A stretch of 64,000 nucleotides of DNA from Polyangiales bacterium (lineage in GTDB: Bacteria; Myxococcota_A; Polyangia; Polyangiales; Polyangiaceae). Every line of letters starts with the position of its first letter. Position 1 is the first letter of the stretch. The translations under genes were made by a program, and so were the position numbers. The stretch covers positions 320,001 through 384,000 of the forward strand of contig JBBRLQ010000003.1 in assembly GCA_038231275.1 (NCBI GenBank), given 5' to 3'. This document shows, piece after piece, positions 19,864-28,178 of this stretch. Under the pieces are notes generated by a model. That model was not told the DNA's origin and made no database searches. It saw nothing but the letters and a program-made list of their open reading frames with translations.

Positions 19864-22644
19864 ATGGTCAAGCGCAAGGTCTCCCTCAACGGCGACGGTC
19901 CGAGCCCGGGCACTCTCGGCGCGGGGGACAAGACCGCGCGTGACGGCGCGAGCGCGGCGCCGTCGAACGTCGTCCTCGAGCTGTTCTTCGACACCGGTCT
20001 CGTCTTCCACGAGGTGCCGCTCCCGAACGGCCTTCCCGACATCGTCAGCGGCTTCATGGTGATGAAGGACGCCGTCCAGCGCGGCGGCGCCGACACCTTC
20101 AGCGTGCGTCGCGCCGCCGCGGGCGAAGAGCCCGACGTCGAGGTCAGCGCGGTCGAGCACCTGTCGGAGCTGATGAACCGCTGGCTCCCGGTGCCCTACC
20201 AGCTCTCGTGCCCGTACGCCGTCCAAGTGTTCTTGTCCGGCAGCGACGAGGGCGTGCGCGCGATGCTCGCGATCGACACGTACGCCGAGCCCGACTCGAA
20301 AGGACGTCACCTCGATCCGAAGATCGACGAAGGCCGCCCGTTCCGTCCGCTCGATCGCACCGAGCACGCGCAGTTCCTCGACCAGACCGAGACGCGCGAG
20401 CTCGTTCGCAAGCTCGAGAAGACCGGGATGGAGAAGGCGCTCTTCAAGGTCGCCGCGCTCCTCGAGACGATCGGACCGATGCTCCCGCGCCTCCAGCTCC
20501 ACACGCTTCAGTCGCGCCCGCAGATCCCGGTGTCGCTCGTCGTCGACTTCGGCAACTCACGCTCGACGGCGGTGCTCTGCGAGGCGCGCGAGAAGGGGAT
20601 GTTCGCCATCCCGCTCGAGATGCGCTCGTCGCAGAATCCGTTCCTCGTTCACGAAGAGACGTTCGACTCGCGCGTCACGTTCCTCCCGAGCGCGTTCGAC
20701 AAATCGGTCTTCCCGGTCGGCGTCGCCGAGTCGTTCGCGTCGCCGTCGATCGTGCGCATGGGCCGCGAAGCGCTCGATCGCGCGCTCGAGACGCCGCACC
20801 GCTACCAGTGCACCCTCTCCGGCCCCAAGCGCTATTTGTGGGACCACCGCCAGACCGACGACCGCTGGTATTTCGCGGCAAAACAGGACGCCGAGTACAA
20901 ACCCGTCTTCGGGCGCATCCTCAAGTACGTCCCCGAGGAGCACGGCGGGCTCATGCTCCGCCAGGACGGCCCCGCGGTCCCCGCCGATCCGCGCTACGCC
21001 CCGCGCGCCGTCATGCTGTTCGCCGTCGCCGAGATCCTGGCGCAGGCCTACGCCCAGATCAATTCGCCATCCTACCGCGCCTTCCAGGGCAAAGAGCAGA
21101 ACGGGCGCGTCCTCAAGCACGTCGCGTTCACCTTCCCGTCGGCGATGCGCAAAGAGGAGAAGGACGTCTACGAGGCGCTCGTCCGCAACGCCGTCATCCT
21201 CGCGTCGTACGTCCTCAACATCCGCCCCGAGCACCAGCCCAACTTCACGCCCGACGGTGGGCAGGGGCGCTACGACGATTTTCTCTTCGTCGACGAGGCC
21301 CTCGCCGCGCAGATGGTCTACGTCTTCCAGGAGGTCTCGCAGAGCTACTCCGGCAGCATGGAGGACTTCGTCGGCGTCTACGGCCAGAAGCCGGGCTCGG
21401 TGCGCATCGCGTCGGTCGACATCGGCGGCGGCACGAGCGACGTGATGATCGCCGAGTACGAAGACAAGATGGCCGGCGCCGGCACCAGCCTGTCGATCAA
21501 GAAGCTGTTCCAGGACGGCGTCTCGATCGCCGGCGACGAGGTTTGCCGCGCGATCGTCGAGGACGTGGTCTTCTCGCAGATCCTCCAGCAGCTGCCCACG
21601 GCCGGCGCGCGCGCGAAGCTGGTGCATCTCTTTGGCGAGGGCGACGCCGGGCACGGACACTCGTGGCGAACGCTGAAGGCCAAGCTGGTCCCGTATTTTT
21701 GGCTGCCCCTCGCGCGCTGCTACTGGGCGCTCGCCGAGGGGTTCGAGATCCCCGAGCACAACGACGAGAAGCTCTACAGCGTCGACGAGATCTTCCGCGT
21801 CTTCCAGAGCCCCGCGTACTCGCACGCCGTCCTCGCCGAGGCCGATCGCTTCCTCGCCGAGACCGTCCCCGAGTTCCCGGGCCTCCTCAATTTGTTCTTC
21901 CGCATGGGTCGCGCCGAGGTCGAGCGCGCGATCGAGGGCGTCCTCCGCGAGCCGCTCCGTCGCTACGCCGACATCATCGCGCAGTTCGACGTCGATCTCC
22001 TCGTCCTCGCGGGCCGCACCTCGGCGCTCAAATGCGTGCGCAACATCTTCGTCCGCGAGATGCCGGTCGCCGCGCCGCGCATCAAAAACATGTCGAGCTA
22101 CAAAGTCGGCGACTGGTACCCGGCGAAGTGGCAGGCCCTCGGCTTCATCAAAGATCCGAAATCGACGGTCACAGCGGGCGCGACGGTGCTGCACCTCGCG
22201 AGCAAGAATCGTCTGCCCGGGTTCTCGCTCGACGGCATCACGGAGCTCGTACAAAAGCCGATCTACGGCCTTTATCAAGACGTCGAGCCGCACATCAGCT
22301 ACGCGAACGAGCTCTTCAAGAAGGGCAAAATCTCGGACCCGGTGCCGTACACGACCGGGATGGTGATCGGCTTCCGCAACGTCGCGTCACAAGAGATGGA
22401 CGGCTCGCCGCTCTTCGAGGTGCACCCCGCGAACAAAGACGTCGAGCAGGCGCTCCTCGAAGATCGCGTCGCGCTCAAGTTCGAGCTGACCGACAAGGGG
22501 CAGATCTTGGTCAACGACGTCGTCTCGCAGAAGGACGTGTACTCGTTCGGCAAGGACGACTTCACGCTCATGCTGAAGACGGTGACGAGCGATCGCTACT
22601 GGCTCGACACCGGCGTCTTCAAGAACGTGACGAAGTACCTCTAG
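19864..22644 (+). CDS. srfB: SrfB-family protein (Hsp70/actin-fold ATPase)
   Basis: VDFGNSRS, SGPKRYLWD, EILAQAYAQINS, DEALAAQMVY, IASVDIGGGTSD, AGD, LAGRTS, WYP..DPKST, IGFR and YWLDTG appear in the order seen in SrfB proteins. Confidence 0.85.
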   Translation: MVKRKVSLNGDGPSPGTLGAGDKTARDGASAAPSNVVLELFFDTGLVFHEVPLPNGLPDIVSGFMVMKDAVQRGGADTFSVRRAAAGEEPDVEVSAVEHLSELMNRWLPVPYQLSCPYAVQVFLSGSDEGVRAMLAIDTYAEPDSKGRHLDPKIDEGRPFRPLDRTEHAQFLDQTETRELVRKLEKTGMEKALFKVAALLETIGPMLPRLQLHTLQSRPQIPVSLVVDFGNSRSTAVLCEAREKGMFAIPLEMRSSQNPFLVHEETFDSRVTFLPSAFDKSVFPVGVAESFASPSIVRMGREALDRALETPHRYQCTLSGPKRYLWDHRQTDDRWYFAAKQDAEYKPVFGRILKYVPEEHGGLMLRQDGPAVPADPRYAPRAVMLFAVAEILAQAYAQINSPSYRAFQGKEQNGRVLKHVAFTFPSAMRKEEKDVYEALVRNAVILASYVLNIRPEHQPNFTPDGGQGRYDDFLFVDEALAAQMVYVFQEVSQSYSGSMEDFVGVYGQKPGSVRIASVDIGGGTSDVMIAEYEDKMAGAGTSLSIKKLFQDGVSIAGDEVCRAIVEDVVFSQILQQLPTAGARAKLVHLFGEGDAGHGHSWRTLKAKLVPYFWLPLARCYWALAEGFEIPEHNDEKLYSVDEIFRVFQSPAYSHAVLAEADRFLAETVPEFPGLLNLFFRMGRAEVERAIEGVLREPLRRYADIIAQFDVDLLVLAGRTSALKCVRNIFVREMPVAAPRIKNMSSYKVGDWYPAKWQALGFIKDPKSTVTAGATVLHLASKNRLPGFSLDGITELVQKPIYGLYQDVEPHISYANELFKKGKISDPVPYTTGMVIGFRNVASQEMDGSPLFEVHPANKDVEQALLEDRVALKFELTDKGQILVNDVVSQKDVYSFGKDDFTLMLKTVTSDRYWLDTGVFKNVTKYL

Positions 22645-22658
22645 AGAAGGAGTCGCGC

Positions 22659-23279
22659 GTGAACGATCCGGCGATTCGCACGCTCCTCGACGCGCTCGCC
22701 GGCGTCGTCGACGCGGAGGCGCTGAAGGCCGAGATGCGCGCGTACCTCGGCGATGCGCCGGTCGCGTCCGAGAAGCCAGCGCCGGCGGAAGGGAGCGGGC
22801 GCTTTCTCTTGCAGGACATCTTGGACGACTCGATCTTGGGCGCGAAGTCCGGGGACAAATCGTTCCCGCTGCGCCTCCTCTTCAGCGAGCTCGCGACGCG
22901 CGCGGGTGAGCAAAAGGAGGAGACCGCGTTCACGCTGCTCTGCGCGCTCAACGTGTACTTCCGCGTCGACGCCGACGACGAAGTGAAGATGCGCCTCGGC
23001 CACGAGGTGAGCCGCCTCTATTACCGCTTCATGGACGAGGCGCGCCCCGAGGGGCTCGCGCCGGTGCAAGTGTCGGGGCTCGTCGCGGCGCTTCTCTCGA
23101 CCGAGCTCTCCCGCGTTCGCCTCGAGGCGGTCGATCACGCCGCGACGTTCGACTCGCAGACGCACGAGCGCGCCCCAGGCTCCGATCCCGCCTCCGGCAC
23201 GGTGCGGCGGCCCCTCTCGTTCTTGTGCCGCGTCACGCAGACGGGGATGGTCCGCATCAAGGCCAGCGTCGCGACCTAA
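22659..23279 (+). CDS. Hypothetical protein with GrpE-like C-terminal beta domain
   Basis: AAGGAG SD and GTG start 14 nt after the srfB stop. C-terminus FDSQTHE...GTVRRPLSF...GMVRIKASV resembles the GrpE FDP..HEA...G.V...VLRPA.V signature. Confidence 0.6.
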   Translation: MNDPAIRTLLDALAGVVDAEALKAEMRAYLGDAPVASEKPAPAEGSGRFLLQDILDDSILGAKSGDKSFPLRLLFSELATRAGEQKEETAFTLLCALNVYFRVDADDEVKMRLGHEVSRLYYRFMDEARPEGLAPVQVSGLVAALLSTELSRVRLEAVDHAATFDSQTHERAPGSDPASGTVRRPLSFLCRVTQTGMVRIKASVAT

Positions 23280-23332
23280 ATCGAGAAAAAGACGACCGAC
23301 GGCTTCACAAACCCCTGCGCGCGGCGTCTGCC

Positions 23333-24004
23333 ATGGCGAGGGGGGCAGCCTTGGACGACGATCGACCATCCGAGCCCCCGGCCATCGGCAAGCTCGTCAT
23401 GCTGCGCCCGCAGCCGGGGCTGCCGAACCGGGAGGACAGCGAAAAGAGAATCCGCACGCTCGTAGAGGCGGGGGACCTCGGCACCGCGGTGACTGGGTCG
23501 CTCCGGCTCTACGGGGCCGAGGTGTATGGGTTCATCGCCGCGCTCATCGAGGTGCCGGCGTTCGCGCGCCAGGTGTACGTGGCGATGGGGGAGCTGGTGT
23601 GGGCCGGCCTCCCGATGTTCGAGTGGCGCTGTGACTTGCGTACGTGGATGTACGGCATCGCGCGGCGGTCGATCGCCAGATACCGCGCCGAGTACGGATC
23701 GCCGACCAACGTGCTCTTCACCGAGGCGCCCCGGGCTCCGAGCTCGGGGCCGGTCCGCCAAAAGGCGTTCCGCGGCCTCGTCGCTGGCCTCCGCCGGAAG
23801 CTCGCGCCCGAAGAGCGGGAGCTCCTCATCTTGCGCGTGGACCGCCGGCTCTCCTGGTGGAGCATCGCCGTCACGAGCATCGGCGAGGGCGCCGGGGACG
23901 ACGCGCTCGCCCGCGAAGAGCGCCGCCTCCGGGTGGCCCTCGCCTGTCTTCGGGAGAAGCTCGCCCAGATCGCCAAGGAGCACGGTATCCTCGCCGCGCG
24001 GTAA
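23333..24004 (+). CDS. ECF-type RNA polymerase sigma factor
   Basis: YGAEVYGF...FEWRCDLRTWMYGIAR (region 2) and LAPEERELLILRVDRRLSW (region 4). Start uncertain. Confidence 0.75.
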   Translation: MARGAALDDDRPSEPPAIGKLVMLRPQPGLPNREDSEKRIRTLVEAGDLGTAVTGSLRLYGAEVYGFIAALIEVPAFARQVYVAMGELVWAGLPMFEWRCDLRTWMYGIARRSIARYRAEYGSPTNVLFTEAPRAPSSGPVRQKAFRGLVAGLRRKLAPEERELLILRVDRRLSWWSIAVTSIGEGAGDDALAREERRLRVALACLREKLAQIAKEHGILAAR

Positions 24005-24009
24005 GGCCG

Positions 24010-26091
24010 ATGAGAGGGGACAACGCAAACCGGACGCCCGAGGTTCTCTCCTCGGGCGGGGAGTACGACGACTTCCTTCAGGCGGTCGCGCACGCGCCGG
24101 CGCGCAAGCCTCCGCCGGACGTGCCGCTCGGGAGCCGCTGGGGCGACGGGGATCGCTACATCCTCGAGCGCCGCCTCGGTCGCGGCGGAATGGGCATCGT
24201 GTACGCCGCGACGGACACGCTCCTCGGCCGGCTCGTCGCGCTCAAGGTGCTCGACGGTCAGGTCGCCAGCGAGGTCGGCGCGCACGCGCTCCTCCGTGAG
24301 GCGCGCCTCGCCGCGCGGATCGAGCACGAGCGCGTCGCGCGCGTCTACGACGTGGGAGAGCACGAGGGGTCGCTCTTCGTCGCGATGGAGTTCGTGCGCG
24401 GGCAGACGCTGCGCACGTGGATGACGGGGCGCCGCGTCGAGCGCCCGCACGCGATCTCGATCGCGACGCAGATCGCCGAGGGCCTCGCCGCGCTCCACGA
24501 GACCGTCGTGATCCACCGGGATTTGAAGCCCGAAAACGTGATGCTGTCCGAGCAGGGCGGCGTGAAGCTCCTCGATTTCGGGCTCGCGCGGCACGCGGCG
24601 GAGGCGGCGGAGGCGGCAGCGGCCAGTGCAGCGGGGGTGGCAGGGCAGGGCGAGGCGCGGCCCGAGACGCGCCGCAGCGTCATCTCGGGCACGCCTGGAT
24701 ACATGGCGCCGGAGCAGCGCAACGGAGCGCCGAGCGATCCGCGCATCGACGTCTACGCGCTCGGCGTCGTCCTCTACGAGCTCGTGTGCGGCGAGCGTCC
24801 ATTTCGCGGGCGCACGCTCGAAGAGATCTTCGCAGCAGCGCAGCGCCCGCTCCTCTTCGACGGGGAGTCGTGGCAGGGCACCGCGCCGGCGCTTCGCGCG
24901 TTCATCGCAAAAGCGGTCGCCGTGGATCCGCGCGAGCGCTACGCGGACGGAGTCTCCGCGCTCGTGGCCCTGCGTGCGCTCGTGGGTCCCTTCGCCGCAG
25001 TCCCGATCCCGGAGACGTTCTCGCAGCTGGGCATCGCGCCGACGATCTCCGTGCCGTACGAGCCGCAAGCGCCCGCTGCGCCTGCCAAGCGCCGCTGGAA
25101 GACTTGGAAGACGATGGTCGCCGCAGCGCTCGTCGTTGGCCTCGGCGTCGGCGTCCTCACGGGCGCGCGCGCACGAAGGAGCGGCCTCGCGCTTCTGCCT
25201 CCGCCGCCGGGCATGGCGTGGATCGACGTCGGCACGATCGAGGTCGGCCGCTCGCGCGCGCAGATCGAGCGCGAATGCGCGGAGATCGGCCCGACCTGCA
25301 ACAAAGAGCGGATGGAGCGCGAGATCCCCGCCGCCTCCGCGATCGTCGCGCCGTTCGCGATCGATCTCCACGAGCTTACCAACCAGGAGCTCGCCGACGC
25401 GCTCACCAACATGAACCCGATGCTCGTCGTGAGCGACGACGACGAGGAGCACTACCCGCGCTACGTGAAATGGGCGCAGGTCGTGGGGCGCAGCGAGGTG
25501 CTCGTCGATCTCCATCGGCGTCGCGGCGGCGTGCAGTTCACCGAGAGCAAGCGCGCGATGCGGCCGACCAAGAGCTTCGAGCCGGCCCCGGGGCACGAGC
25601 GTGAGCCTGCCGTGCAGGTGACGTGGTTCGGCGCGCGCGCGGTGTGCGCGGCGCTCGGCAAGCGCCTGCCGACGGAAGACGAGTGGGAGGCGGCGGCGCG
25701 CGGTCGGGAGGATCGCCGCTTTCCGTGGGGAAACGAGCTCCCGCGCTGCAACGGCGTCGTCGTTCCGCGTGACGGGCTCGTGCCGATGGATCCGTCGTGC
25801 CCGGAGTCGGTCTCGCTCCGCGCCGTCGGCGAAGCGTCGCAGGACGTGACGCCACAGGGCGTCCTCGACCTCGGCGGCAATGTCACGGAGTGGACCGACT
25901 CGGCGTACGTCGAGGGAAACCGCGCCGAGCGCGTGGAGTCGACGCGCGCCGATCTCCCGAAGGTGATTCGCGGGGGCTCGTGGGCGGCGTCGCTCCTCGC
26001 CCGCACGAGCGGCCGAACGCGCCGCGCCGCCGACTTTCTCGGTGGGAACTTGGGCTTTCGGTGCGCCGTGAGCCGCGACTCGAAAAAATAG
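24010..26091 (+). CDS. Ser/Thr protein kinase with TM and FGE-sulfatase (SUMF1-like) domain
   Basis: LGRGGMG, VALK, HRDLKPEN, DFG, GTPGYMAPE; TM segment; RLPTEDEWEAAARG, DLGGNVTEW, GFRCA. Confidence 0.92.
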   Translation: MRGDNANRTPEVLSSGGEYDDFLQAVAHAPARKPPPDVPLGSRWGDGDRYILERRLGRGGMGIVYAATDTLLGRLVALKVLDGQVASEVGAHALLREARLAARIEHERVARVYDVGEHEGSLFVAMEFVRGQTLRTWMTGRRVERPHAISIATQIAEGLAALHETVVIHRDLKPENVMLSEQGGVKLLDFGLARHAAEAAEAAAASAAGVAGQGEARPETRRSVISGTPGYMAPEQRNGAPSDPRIDVYALGVVLYELVCGERPFRGRTLEEIFAAAQRPLLFDGESWQGTAPALRAFIAKAVAVDPRERYADGVSALVALRALVGPFAAVPIPETFSQLGIAPTISVPYEPQAPAAPAKRRWKTWKTMVAAALVVGLGVGVLTGARARRSGLALLPPPPGMAWIDVGTIEVGRSRAQIERECAEIGPTCNKERMEREIPAASAIVAPFAIDLHELTNQELADALTNMNPMLVVSDDDEEHYPRYVKWAQVVGRSEVLVDLHRRRGGVQFTESKRAMRPTKSFEPAPGHEREPAVQVTWFGARAVCAALGKRLPTEDEWEAAARGREDRRFPWGNELPRCNGVVVPRDGLVPMDPSCPESVSLRAVGEASQDVTPQGVLDLGGNVTEWTDSAYVEGNRAERVESTRADLPKVIRGGSWAASLLARTSGRTRRAADFLGGNLGFRCAVSRDSKK

Positions 26092-26103
26092 GAGAATCGA
26101 ACG

Positions 26104-26460
26104 ATGTCCGCGAAGAAATCGAAGAAGACCACCAAGAGCCACGCGATCCTCTCTCTTCGCCCGCGCCCGTTGCCTCCGGGCAAGCGCGCGACGATCGCGA
26201 CGAAGTCCGGCTTGCCGACGTGCATCGTCCTCGCGCCGGTCGGCGTGGGCCCCAAGGGCGGGATCGCCTTCGCGATCGCGCTTCGCGTCGGTCCGTCCGC
26301 CGGCAAGGTGACCTTCGTGCCGCGAGGCAAAGAGACGCTCGTCGTGGACGCGAAGGAGAGCCCGTCCGCCGCCGCGCTGCAGGCCTTCCTGCGCAAGGTC
26401 TGGGACAAGAAGGGCGGGGAGCCGCCGATCGTCGTCGACAACAGTCACGGCCACTCCTAG
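26104..26460 (+). CDS. Small basic hypothetical protein
   Basis: AGGAG SD and GC3 bias; fills the gap between the kinase and the peptidase on the same strand. Confidence 0.65.
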   Translation: MSAKKSKKTTKSHAILSLRPRPLPPGKRATIATKSGLPTCIVLAPVGVGPKGGIAFAIALRVGPSAGKVTFVPRGKETLVVDAKESPSAAALQAFLRKVWDKKGGEPPIVVDNSHGHS

Positions 26461-26468
26461 GCGCACCC

Positions 26469-27497
26469 ATGAGCCAACGCTGGTCGCTCCTCCTCTACAT
26501 GACCGCGAGCCCGCGCCTCGCGCCGCACGCGCAGGACACGTTGAAGCGCCTCGCCGCCGCGCAGCCCCCCACTGGGCTCGATATCTCGGTGCAGCTCGAC
26601 GCGCGCGGAAAGAAAAAGCCGGCCCGCTACCGTATCGTCAATCGACGGGCCGTCCAGGAGCCGTCCTCGTGGCGGTACCGTCCGCGCGTCGCGCTGCGCG
26701 ACTTTCTCGATTGGGGCCTCCCGAAGGGGAAAAAAGGGCGGTCCGCGCTCGTCATGTGGGGCGAGGGGGGCGGCTGGATTTACCCCGCGGGCCTCTACGA
26801 CGCGCCGGGTCGCGCGCTCATCGACGCCCAGCTCCACGACGCGATCGCAGGATCGCACGCGGGCCGTGTCGACGTGCTCGGCTTCGACGCGTGCCTCATG
26901 GGCATGGTCGAGATCCTCTACGGCGCGCGCGATCTCTGCCGCGCGCAAGTCTCGTCCGAGACGTTCGTCCCGCTCTCGGGGTGGCCGTACCGCGCGATGC
27001 TCGAGGCGCTGGTGCGCAAGCCCGCGACGACCGGCGTGGCGTGGGCCGAGCGCGTCGTGCCGTGCGTGAAGACCGTGCGCGCGTCGTCGACGTTGGCCGC
27101 GTTCGACGCCGCGCGCGCCGACGCCGTGGCCGCCGCCTTTCGCGTGCTCGCGCGAGAGCTCCGGCGCGTCCCCGCCGCTGCCCGCCCCGAGCTCGCCCGC
27201 GCCCGCGCAGACATGCTGCACGTCGGCAACCCGTACTTCGTCGACGTCCTCTCGATGCTCCGCTCGATCGAGCGCTGCGTCGCCGATCGCAAGGTCGCCG
27301 CCGCCGTCATCAAGGTGCGCCGCGAGATCGTCCGCGCGCGCCTGGCGGTCGCCTCCTCCGGCTCCGACAACCGCGCGATGACCGGCCTCTCGATCTTCTT
27401 CCCCGAGACGAAGACGACTTTCCTCGCGCCGTATCAGGAGCTCGCGTTCGCCAAGAAGACCGGCTGGGGGGCGTTCCTCACCCGCTACCTCAAATGA
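26469..27497 (+). CDS. Clostripain (peptidase C11) family protein; catalytic His appears replaced
   Basis: WSLLLYM, LRDFLDW, LVMWGEGGGW (family normally W.HG.GW), DVLGFDACLMGMVE, SE..P..GWPY, GLSIFFP. Confidence 0.82.
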   Translation: MSQRWSLLLYMTASPRLAPHAQDTLKRLAAAQPPTGLDISVQLDARGKKKPARYRIVNRRAVQEPSSWRYRPRVALRDFLDWGLPKGKKGRSALVMWGEGGGWIYPAGLYDAPGRALIDAQLHDAIAGSHAGRVDVLGFDACLMGMVEILYGARDLCRAQVSSETFVPLSGWPYRAMLEALVRKPATTGVAWAERVVPCVKTVRASSTLAAFDAARADAVAAAFRVLARELRRVPAAARPELARARADMLHVGNPYFVDVLSMLRSIERCVADRKVAAAVIKVRREIVRARLAVASSGSDNRAMTGLSIFFPETKTTFLAPYQELAFAKKTGWGAFLTRYLK

Positions 27498-28107
27498 GAC
27501 CGCGCTCTTTGCCGCGCGCGTGCAGGCGCTCGCGCACCAGCTGAAAGCGCTTTCGCAGGCGCGCGGCGTGCTGCGCGAGCGCGCGATCGTCGAGCGTGCC
27601 ACCGTCGGGCACGAGGATCGCTGCCACGTCCCGCCACGCGAGCGCGCGGTCCACGCGGAGGACCAGCAGCGCGCGATCGTCCTCCGGTAGCTCGTCGCGC
27701 AAGCGCTGCAGCTCGCTGCGCTTCTCGGTGCGAAGGGCCGAAGCGGTCTCGGTGCGGATGCGCGTCGCCAGCTCCTCGACCTCCGTGAAGCTCGCCACGT
27801 GCACCTCGTGCCGGGCGTGCCGCGCTTCCCGCCGTCGCACGCTCACCGACGCGTTGCGCGCGAGGAGGTAGCACCACGTCCGCACCGAGCACCGCCACTC
27901 GAAGGTCGCGAAGGTCTGCCACAGGCGCTCCGCGAACAAGGAGAACGCGTCGTCGGCGAAATCGGCGTCTTGGTGGAGCGCCACGAGGAACCCGAACACC
28001 TCGGCGCCATGCCGTTGCAACGTCGTCGCCAACGCCGCCCGATGATCTCCGGCCGCCCAGGCGGCGCGGATCGCGGAGTCGTCGTCCTCGCGGCGCCCTT
28101 CGGCCAT
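27490..28107 (-). CDS. ECF-type RNA polymerase sigma factor (paralog of 23333..24004)
   Basis: HGAEVFGFL...FEWRCSVRTWCYLLARN and LPEDDRALLVLRVDRALAW. Alternative start at 28140. Confidence 0.82.
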   Translation of the reverse strand: MAEGRREDDDSAIRAAWAAGDHRAALATTLQRHGAEVFGFLVALHQDADFADDAFSLFAERLWQTFATFEWRCSVRTWCYLLARNASVSVRRREARHARHEVHVASFTEVEELATRIRTETASALRTEKRSELQRLRDELPEDDRALLVLRVDRALAWRDVAAILVPDGGTLDDRALAQHAARLRKRFQLVRERLHARGKERGLI

Positions 28108-28178
28108 GATCCGGCGAACGGTACCATTTTCGCGCGCCATCGTTCTGCGCCGATGTGGGTTAGATTGGCGTGACAGCG

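Noticed and set aside
20208-22658. 1023-aa ORF overlapping srfB
   Set aside because: Only the last 206 codons (from GTG 22659, with an SD) look like protein; the rest is an off-frame shadow.
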